In this document: in pieces, positions 28,601-41,349 of the stretch
Numbering within the stretch: position 1 is the stretch's first letter
Layout: every line of letters starts with the position of its first letter
NCBI GenBank assembly: GCA_030141605.1
Contig: JAQGDQ010000064.1
Span: 300,116-364,115 of the forward strand
DNA length: 64,000 nucleotides
Reading direction: 5' to 3'
From: Tubiluchus corallicola
Lineage: Eukaryota > Animalia > Priapulida
Made by a program: the position numbers and the translations under genes
Notes under the pieces: generated by a model
The model's input: only the letters and a program-made list of their open reading frames with translations
Told to the model about the DNA's origin: nothing
The model's database searches: none

Positions 28601-31479
28601 CCTAATATATACCTATGCCATATCGTTGCAGTTGTATTGCATTGCCCTACAACAAAATACATGTAGGCCCTGCATGTAGGCCTAATATGACACATCGCTG
28701 CAGTTGTATTGCATTGCCCTGCATGTAAACCTAATATGCCATATCGTTGGAGTTGTATTGCATTGCACTGCATGTAGCCCTAATATGCCATATCCTTCCA
28801 GTTGTATTGCATTGCACTGCATACATGTAGTCCTATTTTTTTCTAGAAATGCTGTGGTTATTTAGGACCAGACGACTTTGAGATGCTTCCAGACACGTGT
28901 TGTGTTGGAGAAGATGAAGGCTCGCCTAAGGATGCTTCAGAGTTCAAGGTACACTCTATCCACTCAGTCACGAAATACTATCTGTAATGAGTTTTAACCT
29001 AAAATTTTTTTTATACAAATCGGAAAAATGTTTATTCTGAGTAACTCTTGGATTGCCACGATTTCACTTCATCTTACCCCTTTCTTCTTGTTTTTATTAT
29101 GATCATTCTGAGCCTAAAAGACATTTTTAATAAACAAAATTTTACACGATCGTGTATTTGATACGATAGTGGGTCAGTTGGGTTGTTTATATTTAATTTG
29201 CGGTCTCGGAAAGAAAGTGGCAAAGTTTTGTAAAAAATATTATGAGAACCCCTTGCCAGAACACGTGACGTAAGTATTACGTCACTCAAGTATTTAAGAG
29301 TCATTCACGCACTCAGTCCGGTGGTGGCTGCAGAACTCATCATCCTTGTTGTCACGCTAGTATATATGCTACGCTTATTACATTTTATTAATAAACCGCA
29401 TTGTTATTGGAACCCGAGCATCACTACAACAAAAATGTCGCAAAAATAGTAGCTCAAAATCTGAATGGATAATGGACATCTGTGCTCATCGCCAGCTATT
29501 AAATAAATCATGAAATCTCCAAGCTTGGTGCACTTGTAGCAAGTATATGCACGCAGAACGGTGTTGCGGGGCTGAACCGTAAATCAAAATGTAGTAATAT
29601 TAACTGCGTAAAATTCACAAACTCTACCTTCTGGTTGGCTCAAATTTAAATAACTTATCTGTTTCACCTGTACAAAGCCTATAAATATAAGTGTCGCATT
29701 CTGTTTCCTTGAGTTCAGTGGTTGCGGTGTTAGTTTGAGCACCGAAATGGACATGCCTTTTCACCCTCCCAGGACTTGTCACACAACTGTTTCGGTGCAA
29801 ATGTGAGGATTTGGTAACCTCTAGAGGGTAGTTTACTTTTTGTGTGTTTTTTTGTTTGTTTAGTCAGCTACTCAAGAGGCATCATAAAGTTTCGTTCACT
29901 ATAAAAGTAACAGTTTGCCACATTCAAGTTTTACTCATTTATTCATCTACAATAGTCAGTGAAGCATTTTGTCGCTTTTTCAAAGCTGGTGAATGTGTCC
30001 CGGTTTATTAATCTCGTTTTAGGATGTGGTATTCGAACAGAGGCCTCTCGCCCACCGAAAGCTCTGGTTCGAATCGTCATGGGTTATTACAACTACCCTG
30101 GCGGCAAGAACCCAACTTCAGAACAATACGAATTGTTACTATAGTAATTTTCTTTGTTACATTTTTCTAAATTTAAGCGATAACAGTAAAACAAACCCAA
30201 CATGCTGAGTGACTTGTCCTTCCTTTAGAGTAAAATTCTACAGAAGCGTGACAATCCTAGCAGATCGGAAATTTAATTATAATCTTGTCCGTTTAAATAC
30301 GAAATTTATTAATTCTGGGCATTTTAATTGGCAACGTTAAATTTTCTATGCCTTGTGCTCTTTTTAGCCTAAAGACTTGGACGCTTGCCTGAACGTACAA
30401 GAAGGCTTTTACCATGCTTCTGTAAGTTAAATTCACTGTTAGTTTAATTAATTATACAAACGTTCTACTGTTTCAATTTTGTCAGTCTGAAATTAAATAG
30501 CAAGCCGAGACATTAAAATTAACAAACCTTTTGGCAAGTATTTTTGTGGAAACTCTGTTAATTCCCTCTGAGTAACTTTACTTATTTTGCAGGCTTGCAA
30601 GCAACACGTCGTCAAATTTGTAGTAGACAATATGATAATTATAGTTTCCATAGTCTTCGGGATAATATTGATTGAGGTAATTAAAGACCATAACGGAACT
30701 TGACTTTCATAAAGCTTTGTTTGTAACTTTGTGCCTCTGGCGTGCACTTGCACGACTTTTCTAATTCACTGATGAACAATATTATCAGTTTGTTGTTGTT
30801 AAATAGCAATGACCATGAAAATTGTAAAATGAATGCATACATCTACTGCGTTGGTAGTAAATGCTGTTACATGGAAGTTTCTGTTTTACTTTAGATACAT
30901 TTGACTTTGAAAATCTAAATCATTATTAACTGAGTGCATGAGAACATGTTTATCTTCTTTTTCTTTTGTTGTCGTTATTCTTGTCATTGTTATTGTTGTC
31001 ATCGTCGTCGTCATCATCACAATTGCTGGCGTGGTGGTTGTGGTAGTGATGCTGCTGCTGCTGTTGCTGTTATTGCTGCTGCTTTAGTGTTGTTGTCGCC
31101 ATCGTCGTCGTTGTGATCGTCGTCAGCATTGCAGTTATTGTTGTTTTTGCTGCTGCTACTGCTGTTGTTGTTGTTGTCGTTAGTGTTGCTGCTGCTGCTG
31201 ATGGTGGTGGTGATGATGTAGATGTTGTTGTTGATCTTGTTCTTATCGTTGTCGGTGGTGGTGATGTGTGATGGGCACTGTGTCGTGTGCTATGGTGAGG
31301 ATAGGTTGTCATGTGGTGTAGTAACTGTCAGCATCTTATACTTAATATTTCTAATATAGGTACTTGGAATGGTTCTTGGTATTGCTTTAGTTAAAGATGT
31401 GGACTTACAAGACTTCCTAGAAGAAGAAACTATGTCTAGAAAGAGTGTATCACGCATATCACGCATATCACGCATTTAG
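24427..31479 (+). CDS. Tetraspanin TspC, 9 exons, about 273 aa
   Basis: Exons 24427-24492, 25135-25244, 25950-26052, 26751-26825, 28113-28220, 28847-28948, 30368-30421, 30593-30676, 31360-31479. Contains KLLLYIFNFALF, GFLGCCGALRESKSML, KCCGYLGPDDF..PDTCC, ACKQ; tail VKDVDLQDFLEEETMSRKSVSRISRISRI*. AATAAA at 31603-31608. Confidence 0.93.
24862..25012. mobile_element. Small foldback element with (TAACCC)n core
   Basis: gtaaaagtcacaggaaaaag.. arm, central taaccctaacc array, and ..ttttcctgtaacctttt..tgtgactttattac arm. Confidence 0.7.
25524..25765. repeat. (GT)n and (TA)/(GT)/(GC) microsatellites
   Basis: GT run 25524-25616; compound run ~25687-25765. Confidence 0.95.
27045..27565. mobile_element. 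Degenerate foldback element with tctggtctg / cagaccaga arms
   Basis: Left arm (gtctggtctg, ttctagatgtt) is reverse-complementary to right arm (cagaccagac, aacatctagaa). Confidence 0.6.
28570..28835. repeat. Minisatellite, five ~50-70 bp units
   Basis: gttgtattgcattgc at ~28572, 28631, 28703, 28752 and 28801, each followed by gtag..ccta(at). Confidence 0.9.
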
Positions 31480-32952
31480 CTTAGACTTCAGCAGTAAACA
31501 GCAGAAAAATGTATGTCATTGATTATGATTAGTAAACACGCATATCACCGCCTTGTTTAATATAAAAAATAATTGTTCAGTTTTGTACTACACATTAACT
31601 TTAATAAAATCTTAAATCAATCAACGATCAGGCTTTCGCATTCATTATTTAGAAATTGAAGTAATACAATTCTGTTTTCTATATGGTGGGCGACGGAGGG
31701 AGTTGGAAACTAACATGGCTGTATAGTTGTTTCAGACTCAGAATTACTTCCTATTACAATCGCGTGCAAAGGTATAAGACAATCAAGATTTGAACCGAAT
31801 AATGAAGCAATTATTCATACTAGGTTTTGTTTGTAACTTACTTTGTGCCTCTGGCTGGGGTACACTTGCACGACTTTTCTCTTGCACGACAACAACTCAC
31901 TGACGAACACTAATATTAGTTTGTTGTTGTTCAATACCAATGACCACCAACACTGTAAAGTGAATGCATACATCTATTAGTAGTAAAATGCTGTTACATG
32001 TCTCTGTTTTATTTTAGACAAATTTGACCTTGAAAATGTAAACAGTCATTAACTGAGTGCATGAGAACTTGTTCATCTTTTGTTGTCATTGTTGTTGTTG
32101 TTGTCATTATTCTTGTCATGTTCATGTTGTCATCGTCATCGTCATCATCACAATTGCTGACGTGATGGTTGTGGTGGTGATGGTAGTAGTGCTGCTGCTG
32201 CTGTTGGTGTTATTACTGCTGTTTTAGTGTTGTTGTTGTCGTGGTCGTCGTCGTCGTCGTCGTTGTTAGTGTTGCTGCTGCTGCTGTTGCTGCTGGCGCT
32301 GATGATGATGATGACGATGATGATGATGATGATGATGATGGCGTAGATGTAAATGTTGTAGTTGATCTTGTTCTTGTCATCGTCGGTGGCGACGATGTGT
32401 GATACAGTGTGGTGGGCCCTGTGTCGTGTGTTATGATGTGGATAGGTTGCCATGTGATATAGTCACTTTCAGCGTCTTACACCACTTAATATTTCTAATA
32501 TAGGTACTTGGAATAGTTCTTGGACTTACTTTAATTATGGACTTACTTTCCTAGAAGAAAAAACTATGTCTAACAAGAGTGTATCACGCATATCACGCAT
32601 TTAGCTTAGACTTCAGCAGTAAACAGCAGAAAAATGGATGTCATTTATTATGATTAGTAAACGCGCATATCACCACCTTGTTGCTGGTTTAATATAAAAA
32701 TAATTCTTCAAATTTGTACTACACATTAACTTTAATAAAATCTTGAATGAATTAACGATCAGGATTTTGTATTCATTATTTAGAACTTGAAGTAATACAA
32801 TTCTGTTTTCTATATGGTGTGTGACAGAGGGAGTTAGAAACTAACATGACTGGACAGTTGTTTCAGACTAGGAATTGCTTCCTATTACAATCGCGTGCAA
32901 AGGTATCAGATTATCTAGATTTTAACCAAACAGTGAAGCAATTATTCATGCT
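30716..32952. repeat. Tandem segmental duplication (~1.1 kb x2) containing the TspC terminal exon and 3' UTR
   Basis: Copy A ~30716-31820 and copy B ~31826-32952 align from tttgtttgtaact..tgtgcctctgg to gaagcaattattcat. Both include a compound (GTT/GCT/GAT/GTC)n tract. Confidence 0.92.
32504..32554 (+). CDS. Duplicated alternative terminal exon of TspC, VLGIVLGLTLIMDLLS* (short tail through indels)
   Basis: Lies in the second copy of a ~1.1 kb tandem duplication. Acceptor cttaatatttctaatatag is identical to that of 31360. AATAAA at 32734-32739 and 32965-32970. Could be non-functional. Confidence 0.5.
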   Translation, partial: VLGIVLGLTLIMDLLS

Positions 32953-35149
32953 GCATAATTAACCAATAAAAGACACGTCTTATTTCTCATCAACCGTTAT
33001 AAAAAAGCGGTGTCTCAAAACTCACTATATACATTAAGTCTACTTATCTTTTCAAATTTTCCGCCAATCTTGGCAAACTCTGGTAAACATAAAGATAAAT
33101 CACTACTGTTCAACGAACGCAAAGCAGTATTCACAAATCTTGTGAGAAACTATTAGTAACAGCACCTCATTACAGGTAATACGACATTTGATGACGACAT
33201 AAACACTTCTTGTATACGCAGTTTCTTCGTTACCATGCTAGTCTTTTATTACAAATTTATAGACGACGGTTTACTATGTAGTTAGCTCCTAAAAAGTAGA
33301 AAACAAGTAGCCTGTTTAGTAGACCAAGCAAAAAAAAACAAGAACACATAAGAAACCGCAAAAAGTGCCGAAAATGCAAGTGACAGGCTGCTAACGCCTG
33401 AAGAAGATTCTGAAAGAGCGGCAAGGTAGGTGTACGTACCAGAATCCAGTATGCAACACAAACCAAAACTTCTTTGGGCGGCAGGTGCAAGCAATAATTA
33501 GGGCTAGGTATTTACTTTAACACGCACAAAAAGCAACATGACTTTGCCGCGTTTACACTACCATGTCAAGCCCATTTCAAGATAAGAAACGATCAGAATT
33601 TTTTTTATTTAGGATAACTTGATTGAGCAAATCTCGTTTAAAACACGGTCCTGATTTTTAGTTTCAGAAATTTAAAGTTAAGAAACTTGATACATGAAAG
33701 AACACAAACATAAAAATTTGCAGATATAGACGAAATAAATACAAACATCGTGACTTAGTACATAAAGAAAATAAGCAGAAACACAAAAAAGAAAGCTAAG
33801 ATTACAATCGCAAAAAACTTGAAATACGCAAATAAAGCAAAAAAAGCTTTGATATAAAAACAATGAAAACATAAGCAAAGCAGCAATTACAACAAATCAG
33901 CTATTTTAGGAGAGAGGCACATATTTTTACCAGCAGCTAGAAAGCATTACCAGCATCTTTTGTTTAGAGTCTATTGTTTGCTGATTACTTGCTCATGACT
34001 GACTGTGACAAAAAACGTCAACAAGTTAAACGTGCATGCAGATTGAAGAATACAACTTTCTTATCATGAGCGTTGATATTTATAATAACGACAACCATTA
34101 ACATACAACATTAATTATTAATACTAACTCAAAACATTAATTGATATATTTACATTGTTTCTGTAATTTTTGTATATATATGTACGTAATATATGTTATA
34201 TTATTCAAAATCTGCATTACTCGATATTTTGAAAATATTAAACTGAACTAATATTCATACAACTTGATTCTGGTTTGAACTATGCTTTATTCGCGTGGAT
34301 AGCCGACTTTGGTTTTGATAAACAAAGAAACAGTTTGTTTCAGTAATTATCAGCAGATTATTAATGTTTTCCACGCACATTCAAATGATTTAACTATATA
34401 TTTTTCTTGTCTTTATGATATTGCATTTTGGTCATCTGGGATGTCTGTTCAACAAATACAGTATGGACGCACACTTTACTGCATTATAACGGAGATATTG
34501 GCTAATTAATCCCGGTTGTTTGACACATAATTCTGATGTGCGGACGTAAGTCCGTGTTGGTAGACGTTATAAACTGGCAATTTCACGAGTGCCACGGAGT
34601 GACATTTGATTTAAAATAGATTTTATATTGGTTGTAACTTTTTTACAACATTGCATAACAGTACAAGATAACATGACTAAATCAAATACAACAGAAAGTA
34701 GAACTGTTCCTTGTGTTTTGCGTTTTTATGCAAGGCTGTTATCTAATACAGGTAATGCAATAAGTGTCTTACACTAATCTGTTAAAACTGGTGTTATAAA
34801 ACTGAAAGCCACTGTCAACAGTGATAAAAATTTGTAAGGGAATGACATACGTCTACTTAGTTTGCAAATCACTAATGAACACTGTAAGTGAAACCGTTGT
34901 TGAGAGCATGTTTATTTTGGGTTTAATTTATGTATTTCTAGCTATGCTAAAGACTTTATTAGACACTTATTTAATTAATAAGCTACTTCAACACCACTTA
35001 ACTGGTAAACTGATACTAACCAAGTTTCCATCCTGAGTATTAGCGGGTACCACCTTGTTTATTTTAAACTAGAGACATGCACACTATTATTATAAACTTT
35101 TGAAAACAATGTTAATTTATAAAAATTTCTGGTGAAATTGAATACCCAT

Positions 35150-36050
35150 TTAACTATTAGTGCGTAGCTTTCTTAGTATTTATGCGTGTCTACGGTTACT
35201 GTTTACATGTATGTTTTTGTAACTAATGTTTCTCCTTAACCGGGACAGAATGTCCATAGACAGGACAACTGGTGTGTGGACATTCCCGGTCTTATACATC
35301 CCAGTTATAGACAAGAATTTTAGACAAATTCTTAATTCGCTACATTACTTTTTAAGCAAACAATCCTTATTTACTTCTAAGTTGGCTAGTCCTAATAACT
35401 ACTTGTAAACACGATATAAACTATGTTGCTAATGGTACTATTTACGAGAGTACTCAAAAATTGTTATATCCTATTGTCGTGCAAAAAGAAGTAACCAAAG
35501 ACAGTTGCCAAATTCGTCTGCAATGGTTAGGTGTTACTGTCAACTATATCCTGGTGCATTGTGGGGTTTATTTTCAGAGACCTCTAGTAGCAATAAAAGT
35601 TTTAATCAAATTCCAGGTTGTGGACAATTTTTCTGCAGACATTAGTATATTAGCTGATGGTTCTGTTAAGAGTTGCCTACTTGAAAAACTTATGAATATC
35701 AGCTATGCCCTAAATACGGGCTAATTGCCACAAACACAAAAATGTTAAAAGTTTAGTACTTTTCTCTCAGAAGATCAGTTTGTCAAGTTTATGGTGCAAT
35801 AGACAGTTGCGGTCTTGGGAATTTTCAAGAAATTTCTGCTTTCAAGTTCACCTAATGTGAACATACTGTACTTGTAATTCCTCGAATGTATTCCGGCAAC
35901 AAATAGCACAAACCAAGAGTGAAGACAGATGAAATGTGCAATTTCATGGCGTAAACTTGATAAAATTACTCTAGACACCATTTTGTAACATTTCGCGAGA
36001 ATGTCCCAAGGGCACATTTGTACGCATACAAACCTATTCTGTTAATACAT
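35150..36050 (+). pseudogene. Possible highly decayed piggyBac-like transposase fragment
   Basis: Broken-frame peptides (..TNVSP*PGQ; FTSKLA..L.TRYKLC..GTI; RRSVCQVYGAIDSCG; RQMKCAISWRK..HICTH) occur in the order expected for piggyBac core and C-terminal Cys-rich motifs. Weak. Confidence 0.3.
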
Positions 36051-36889
36051 AATTTAATAATGATTGTATTTCATTATATAAGAAATTTCTAATTTTGCCT
36101 TCTCTTGTCCATTATAATTAATAAGCGAGTTTACACTTCATACTTTCATCGACATCAGCATATCTACAAATAGCTAAAGCATTTATTCAATACGTGCTAG
36201 ATTTTATTATTAAACAAAAATTGCTTTATAAGCACCGTACTCATGGGTGCATTTACTTCAATAATAGACATTTCTGGTACATATTTGCCTGGCTAATGTG
36301 CTACTAGCTCCATATTTCATGTTGAAAGTTAATCACATGCCTTGATCTGCGAATGAATTGGTGAAAATTTGAATTAAGTAGGTAAGCAAGAATTCTGCAT
36401 AGGAATCAGAAAAATGATCGCTTAGAATCACGATGCGATCACGATCAAATATCACATTTTGAAAAAAATCTTTGCAGTCCTTTGTACGATCATAGAATTT
36501 CATCTTGATGCTGAGAAAAAATTAATATCAGATTTTCACCAGAAATTTTTTTTAACTGTAAAGATGGAATAATAGTCCAATTGTTTAAAACATTTTGTAC
36601 TTAAATGTATATGGAGCATCGCTCTGGCACGATTATTTTAGATCGTATGGTAATGGAATGACTCGATTGATTAATACTGATAATGATACTATCTGCTGTT
36701 TAATGTATTCACGTATTCAGATTACACCAAATTTGCGTAACTATTGGCAATCAACATTGTAGGCGTACCGATGATTTGCTGCATTTTAACTATTATTTTA
36801 ATTTGTAAATATTTGTTTTAATACAATTTTTATAAATTTTTACATTTTATTATAAATACATTTTGTGAACATTGTGTTTGCATTAAAAC

Positions 36890-37050
36890 TACTTACTTAC
36901 TAACTTTACTTACTTACTTACCTACCTACCTACCTACCTACCTACCTACCTACCTCTACCTACCTACCTGCCTACCTACCTACCTACCTACCTACCTACC
37001 TACCTACCTACCTACCTACCTACCTACCTACCTACCTACCTACCTACTTA
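36890..37050. repeat. (CTTA)/(CCTA)n tetranucleotide microsatellite
   Basis: Directly visible. Confidence 0.96.
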
Positions 37051-38520
37051 CATTTTCCATAAAAGTCTTCAATTCCAAATACTAATTCGTTAATAAATTA
37101 ATAGCACAAAATAAAGATAACGATCTAATACAAAAATTATCTTAAATACAAAATGAATGACGTTTTCAGTGACATCATAAATATTTGCTCATGAATCCCT
37201 ACGTCTCTAATAGCTACAGTATCTTGTAGCTATTTTAATCTGCAAGTCCGTCTAAGAAGCGATTTTAGGAAAAGTCTCTGGCAAATAATACAAATTTCGT
37301 TAAATTTGCTAATAGTCCATCTCCAATATGTGTAAACCGGAAAATTAGTGCGTTTTGAAATTGTTTGCGAGGAAGGCCACAGCAGAGTCACACGGTCATT
37401 CTTTCATGGTTGGCGTTAATAAAACCGTGCCACACTGGATAATGCTAGTTAGCTGTGCCAGAATCGTGTTAATGATTAGCTAATAAAAGATAGCGGCTAC
37501 TTTTTTACACAACTAAATGTAATAAGTTAATACTGATACTAGTTATTACAAAAGTTTTTACTCTTTTTGCTCCAGATATGCTATGATAACGGCAACTGGA
37601 AACGCAAAATTTGCCCTCCCAAAGTAATGGAACAGCGGGAACTGGTTCGCGAAAACATCACTACCCAAACAAGGCATTGAAGCTGAGTTTGCAAAAATTT
37701 ATTTTGCACTTTTTTCCGACTCGCAGTAATAAGATTTATATATTTATTTCTAATGCATAAAGTTTTTCAATGCAAGCGAAAAAAGTGCACCACAAAAACA
37801 TGTTTACAGGTGTTTACAAGAGCAATTAGTCTGCCAATGAAGCAGCGCATAAAATGGGATGTAAAATGTAACTATGAGACACCAGGTTGGCCTTCACGAA
37901 ATTACAGGCTGTATATCGTATAATTATGTAATATAAGATTATACTCAATACAGGCCTACCGTTTATTTGGGGGCCTGCAATGAGGAATGGATACTTCTAA
38001 TCAAAAACAACGAATTTGAATTCAGTTTGTATGCAGTTGTTAAACCTACAGAAGTGAAACCTTTCTCATGGATGAGATGATGCCGATGGTGGACAACACG
38101 GAATTATTTTGTCCCCATTGAAAACACCACATTCTCTGTGAGCACTCCCCGGTACTCTATTCCCGGAGTGAGTTTGGATTAACTCGAGAAGTTTACATGA
38201 TTGCGTTTGTGAAGACAATATGAAGGAAAGAGCAAGGGAACTTGCTTGTGACTGTGTAGATGAGGGGTATTAATTTATAGGGTGTATTATTTAGTGAGTG
38301 TGTGTGAGAGAGAGAAAGAGAATGAGTGAGTGAATGAAAACGAAATTGGCGTATGAGTATGTGGGCGAAAGAGTGACCGAATATTTAGGCATGTGGATGA
38401 ATTAAGGAGTGAGTGGAGTTGAACTGGCAGATGAATAAGTGAGGGGAGTCAGTAAGCAGCTAATTGGGTGAGTCAGTGTATGAGAGAGTCAGTAAATCAC
38501 TGTAAGTGTGCGATGATATG

Positions 38521-40659
38521 TAGGGCCATGATATCCGGATGGCAAAAAATTGGTTATAACCAGATTTTTTATAATCGGACGGAAAACGAAAAAACATCTG
38601 GTTATAACTAGTTTTTATGTTAAAATGCACTTCAACTCTTTCAGTTATGGAGGATCGCGAACTCATGTTGTTGTACTTTAGACTCGGATATAATAACAAA
38701 GAGATAACAGAATGTTTAGCGCATGCACACGTGAGAACGTTAAAAAGGAAAACAAAAAACTTGTTTCGAAAGCGGGCGCAAAGTGAGGTTAGTGACGTTA
38801 TGCTATGTATTCAGGAGCAAATTGATAAAACGCGAAGATAATAAAAACGAAGTCTTCACGAGTGTTTTTGTACATGGTGTTCGGTCAACGAAAAAAACGG
38901 CCAAACGGTTTTACGAAAAAGAAACGGGCAAAAAACCGCCCGTTTTGGCACCCTATACCCCCTTCTCCATAAAGTTTCATCTGTTAGGCTGTTTGCACAA
39001 TAGGGTTACTGATATAACAGACAAAACAACCAAACAAACAAACTATGTTGAAGCATAACTTCCTTGGCAGAGGTAAAAATAACTAAAATAATTATCTCCC
39101 ACAGTAACCAACCCTTAACTCATACTTTATTAAGTGTGCCGTTTTTACCTATGCCATTTTTTTCGGTACATTCAGTGAGGAAACAAAAGCTATCACCAAG
39201 TACACAAGTTCAAATTGAATAACGGCCAGTAAACCATATCGATTTTTTTCAGAGCCAGTAAAAAAAATATATGTTGTCGCGAAAGTTGCGTTATTGTACT
39301 TTTCCTATAATATTAATTATAGTTTGAACGTTTCTAATTTTGACAGCAGAAAATATAGAAAGGTGGGAGAGCTATTAGGAAGGACTGAAGAGCGGGTAAC
39401 GACAACTAATGGATTAACGACGCTAAGGATTAATCTAGGAAAATAATGAAAAAGAGAAAATCTAAATCTTATTAAACTGTTTTTATATTTTAGAATAAAC
39501 TTTGCACAACGCTTAGCAGAATGTAGTAGTTCACTGTGTGTATTTAACCTGCATAATTTGTCATCTTAATGTTTCAGCAAATTTAATCTCAGCAATGAAT
39601 AAAAACAAAATTAAAATTGAAGTCAATTTAATTAAAAGCCTAAGAAAATCTTTATTGTCACAATAACGTCACTTAACTTTTATTATTCCACTTCACAATA
39701 ATTAACATATACATGATTTCATCACAATTACTGCACAGGAAAAAACATTACATTTCACATAATAGATATCACAAAATACATTATAAGCAAAAAGCTACAC
39801 GTGGACTATCAAACTGACACGTGTCAAAAAATCAGCGTATACAGAACCGCATAGCTTATACAAATTTTATTAAGAGGCCAGTTAACAGCAGATGCATATC
39901 AGGTCAGGTAATCAAGCCAGCGTAAAACTATATGTAAGACCACGTAGGTAACCTACAGATCGACATGTACAAATTATTTATGAGCAACAGGAAATATTAA
40001 GCAAACTAAATACATTTAAAGTAAAAGAAAAGATTTTAAAGGAACAAAACTGTAATGTTAATCAAAATAAAAAGGAAAAATAACTACAAAACCTCGAATT
40101 GAACTCACGACCTATGCGTCGCGACATATGTATACGCAAAAAATTCCAAATTCACTATTTTGCTTTACTTTGACTACCTGTTATAATTCGGTGTAATACT
40201 TAGGTATGATTCGATTAACGAATAATATCTATGCGCTAAAAAATTGAGCTATTTTTTCCATGCGGACTTTTTATAGGCAGCCTGTCAGAAGTGCGTTTGC
40301 TATATAGTATATAATCAAAAAAGGCTCTGTTGTTCTCTTGGGCTGATTGCGTCTACAAATAAGTGTTTAAATTTTGCCGTCCAATTGTAAAAAATCTGGT
40401 TATAACCATTTTTTACCATCCGATTGTAAAAAAATCTGGTTACAACCAATTTTTTGCTCTCCGATTATAAAAAATCTGGTTTAACCATTTTTTGCCCTCC
40501 GATTTTAAAAAACCTTGTTACAACCATTTTTGCTGTCCAATTTTAAAAAAATCTGGTTAGAACCATTTTTTTGCCATCCAATTGTAAAAAATGTTGTTAT
40601 AACTAGATTATAAAATTGGTTACAACCAGATTTTTTTATAATCGGATATCATGGCCCTA
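38521..40659 (+). mobile_element. Non-autonomous TIR DNA transposon, IS3EU-like, with transposase N-terminal remnant
   Basis: 17-bp perfect TIRs tagggccatgatatccg / cggatatcatggcccta and ~37-bp subterminal tandem repeats (40375-40640). ORF piece MEDRELMLLYFRLGYNNKEITECLAHAHVRTLKRK..LFRKR..SDVMLCIQEQI resembles the HTH N-terminus of IS3EU-type integrases. Imperfect flanks atatg/atacg. Confidence 0.7.
38850..39172 (-). mobile_element. Inverted copy of the composite element at ~23020-23345, nested in the IS3EU-like element
   Basis: Reverse complement reads ..ggcacacttaataaagtatgagttaagggttggttactgtgggagataattattttagttatttttacctctgccaaggaagttatgcttcaacatagtttgtttg, matching 23035-23150. Confidence 0.8.
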
Positions 40660-41349
40660 ATACGCTCTCGTAGAGTAAGTAAGAATGAGCAAGTATGTCA
40701 GTGAGACTGAGTAGGAGAGCAAGGGACGTAGACTGGTAAAGGTAGCAAGCAATATGCAGTTAGACAGATAAGTAAGAACTGTGTTTACTGCGTCATAGCT
40801 ATCTCTTACGTCATAAACGCTTGCTCTCATGGCGACAGTTCAGCAGACAGTTTGAGGAAACCAAAGCTTGAGGAAATCAGTGAGAATGAGTGCGAGAATC
40901 AAAGAGTGAGCAGAGGAGGCGTAGTCTGGCGAGTTAGTGAGCAAATAGGTGTGTACTGCGTTGGAAGGAATGGAAATAGACAAGTAAGAACTGTGCTTAA
41001 CTAAGCCACAACTATCACATTTTTGGAAATTCTTATATTGTACCAGGTTAACACTGAGCAGTATCATGTTATTATGTTATTTTTGTTTATTATTTCTAGT
41101 ATACATTAGTGTATGAACAATTCATCTGCATTAGAGAGAGAGAGAGGGAGAGAGAAATGTTAAGAGAATGTCGCTTTAACCAAAGAAGGTTAGCGCTTCT
41201 ATTCAATTTAATTTCTTTATTTAAAAGAAACGTCTGGGTAAATGTTATGCAAGTTTCTGAACATTCTCCTACTGTATATACTACCGCAGTAATTATAATA
41301 TTATCATACTATTTCTGGCTTCTTTTTCTAGTATGAACAAGACAACTGC

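Noticed and set aside
28570-28835. Repeat-spacer appearance suggestive of CRISPR (also 40375-40640)
   Set aside because: Intervening sequences are similar to each other, the context is a eukaryotic intron or TE, and there are no cas genes.
30934-32453. Thr/Ala/His-rich mucin-like ORFs
   Set aside because: Compound trinucleotide repeats in a duplicated intron segment; frames are not conserved between the two copies.
33340-33430. Open peptide ETAKSAENASDRLLTPEEDSERAAR ending at an AAG|gtaggt donor-like site
   Set aside because: No acceptor, start or recognisable homology; more likely TE debris.
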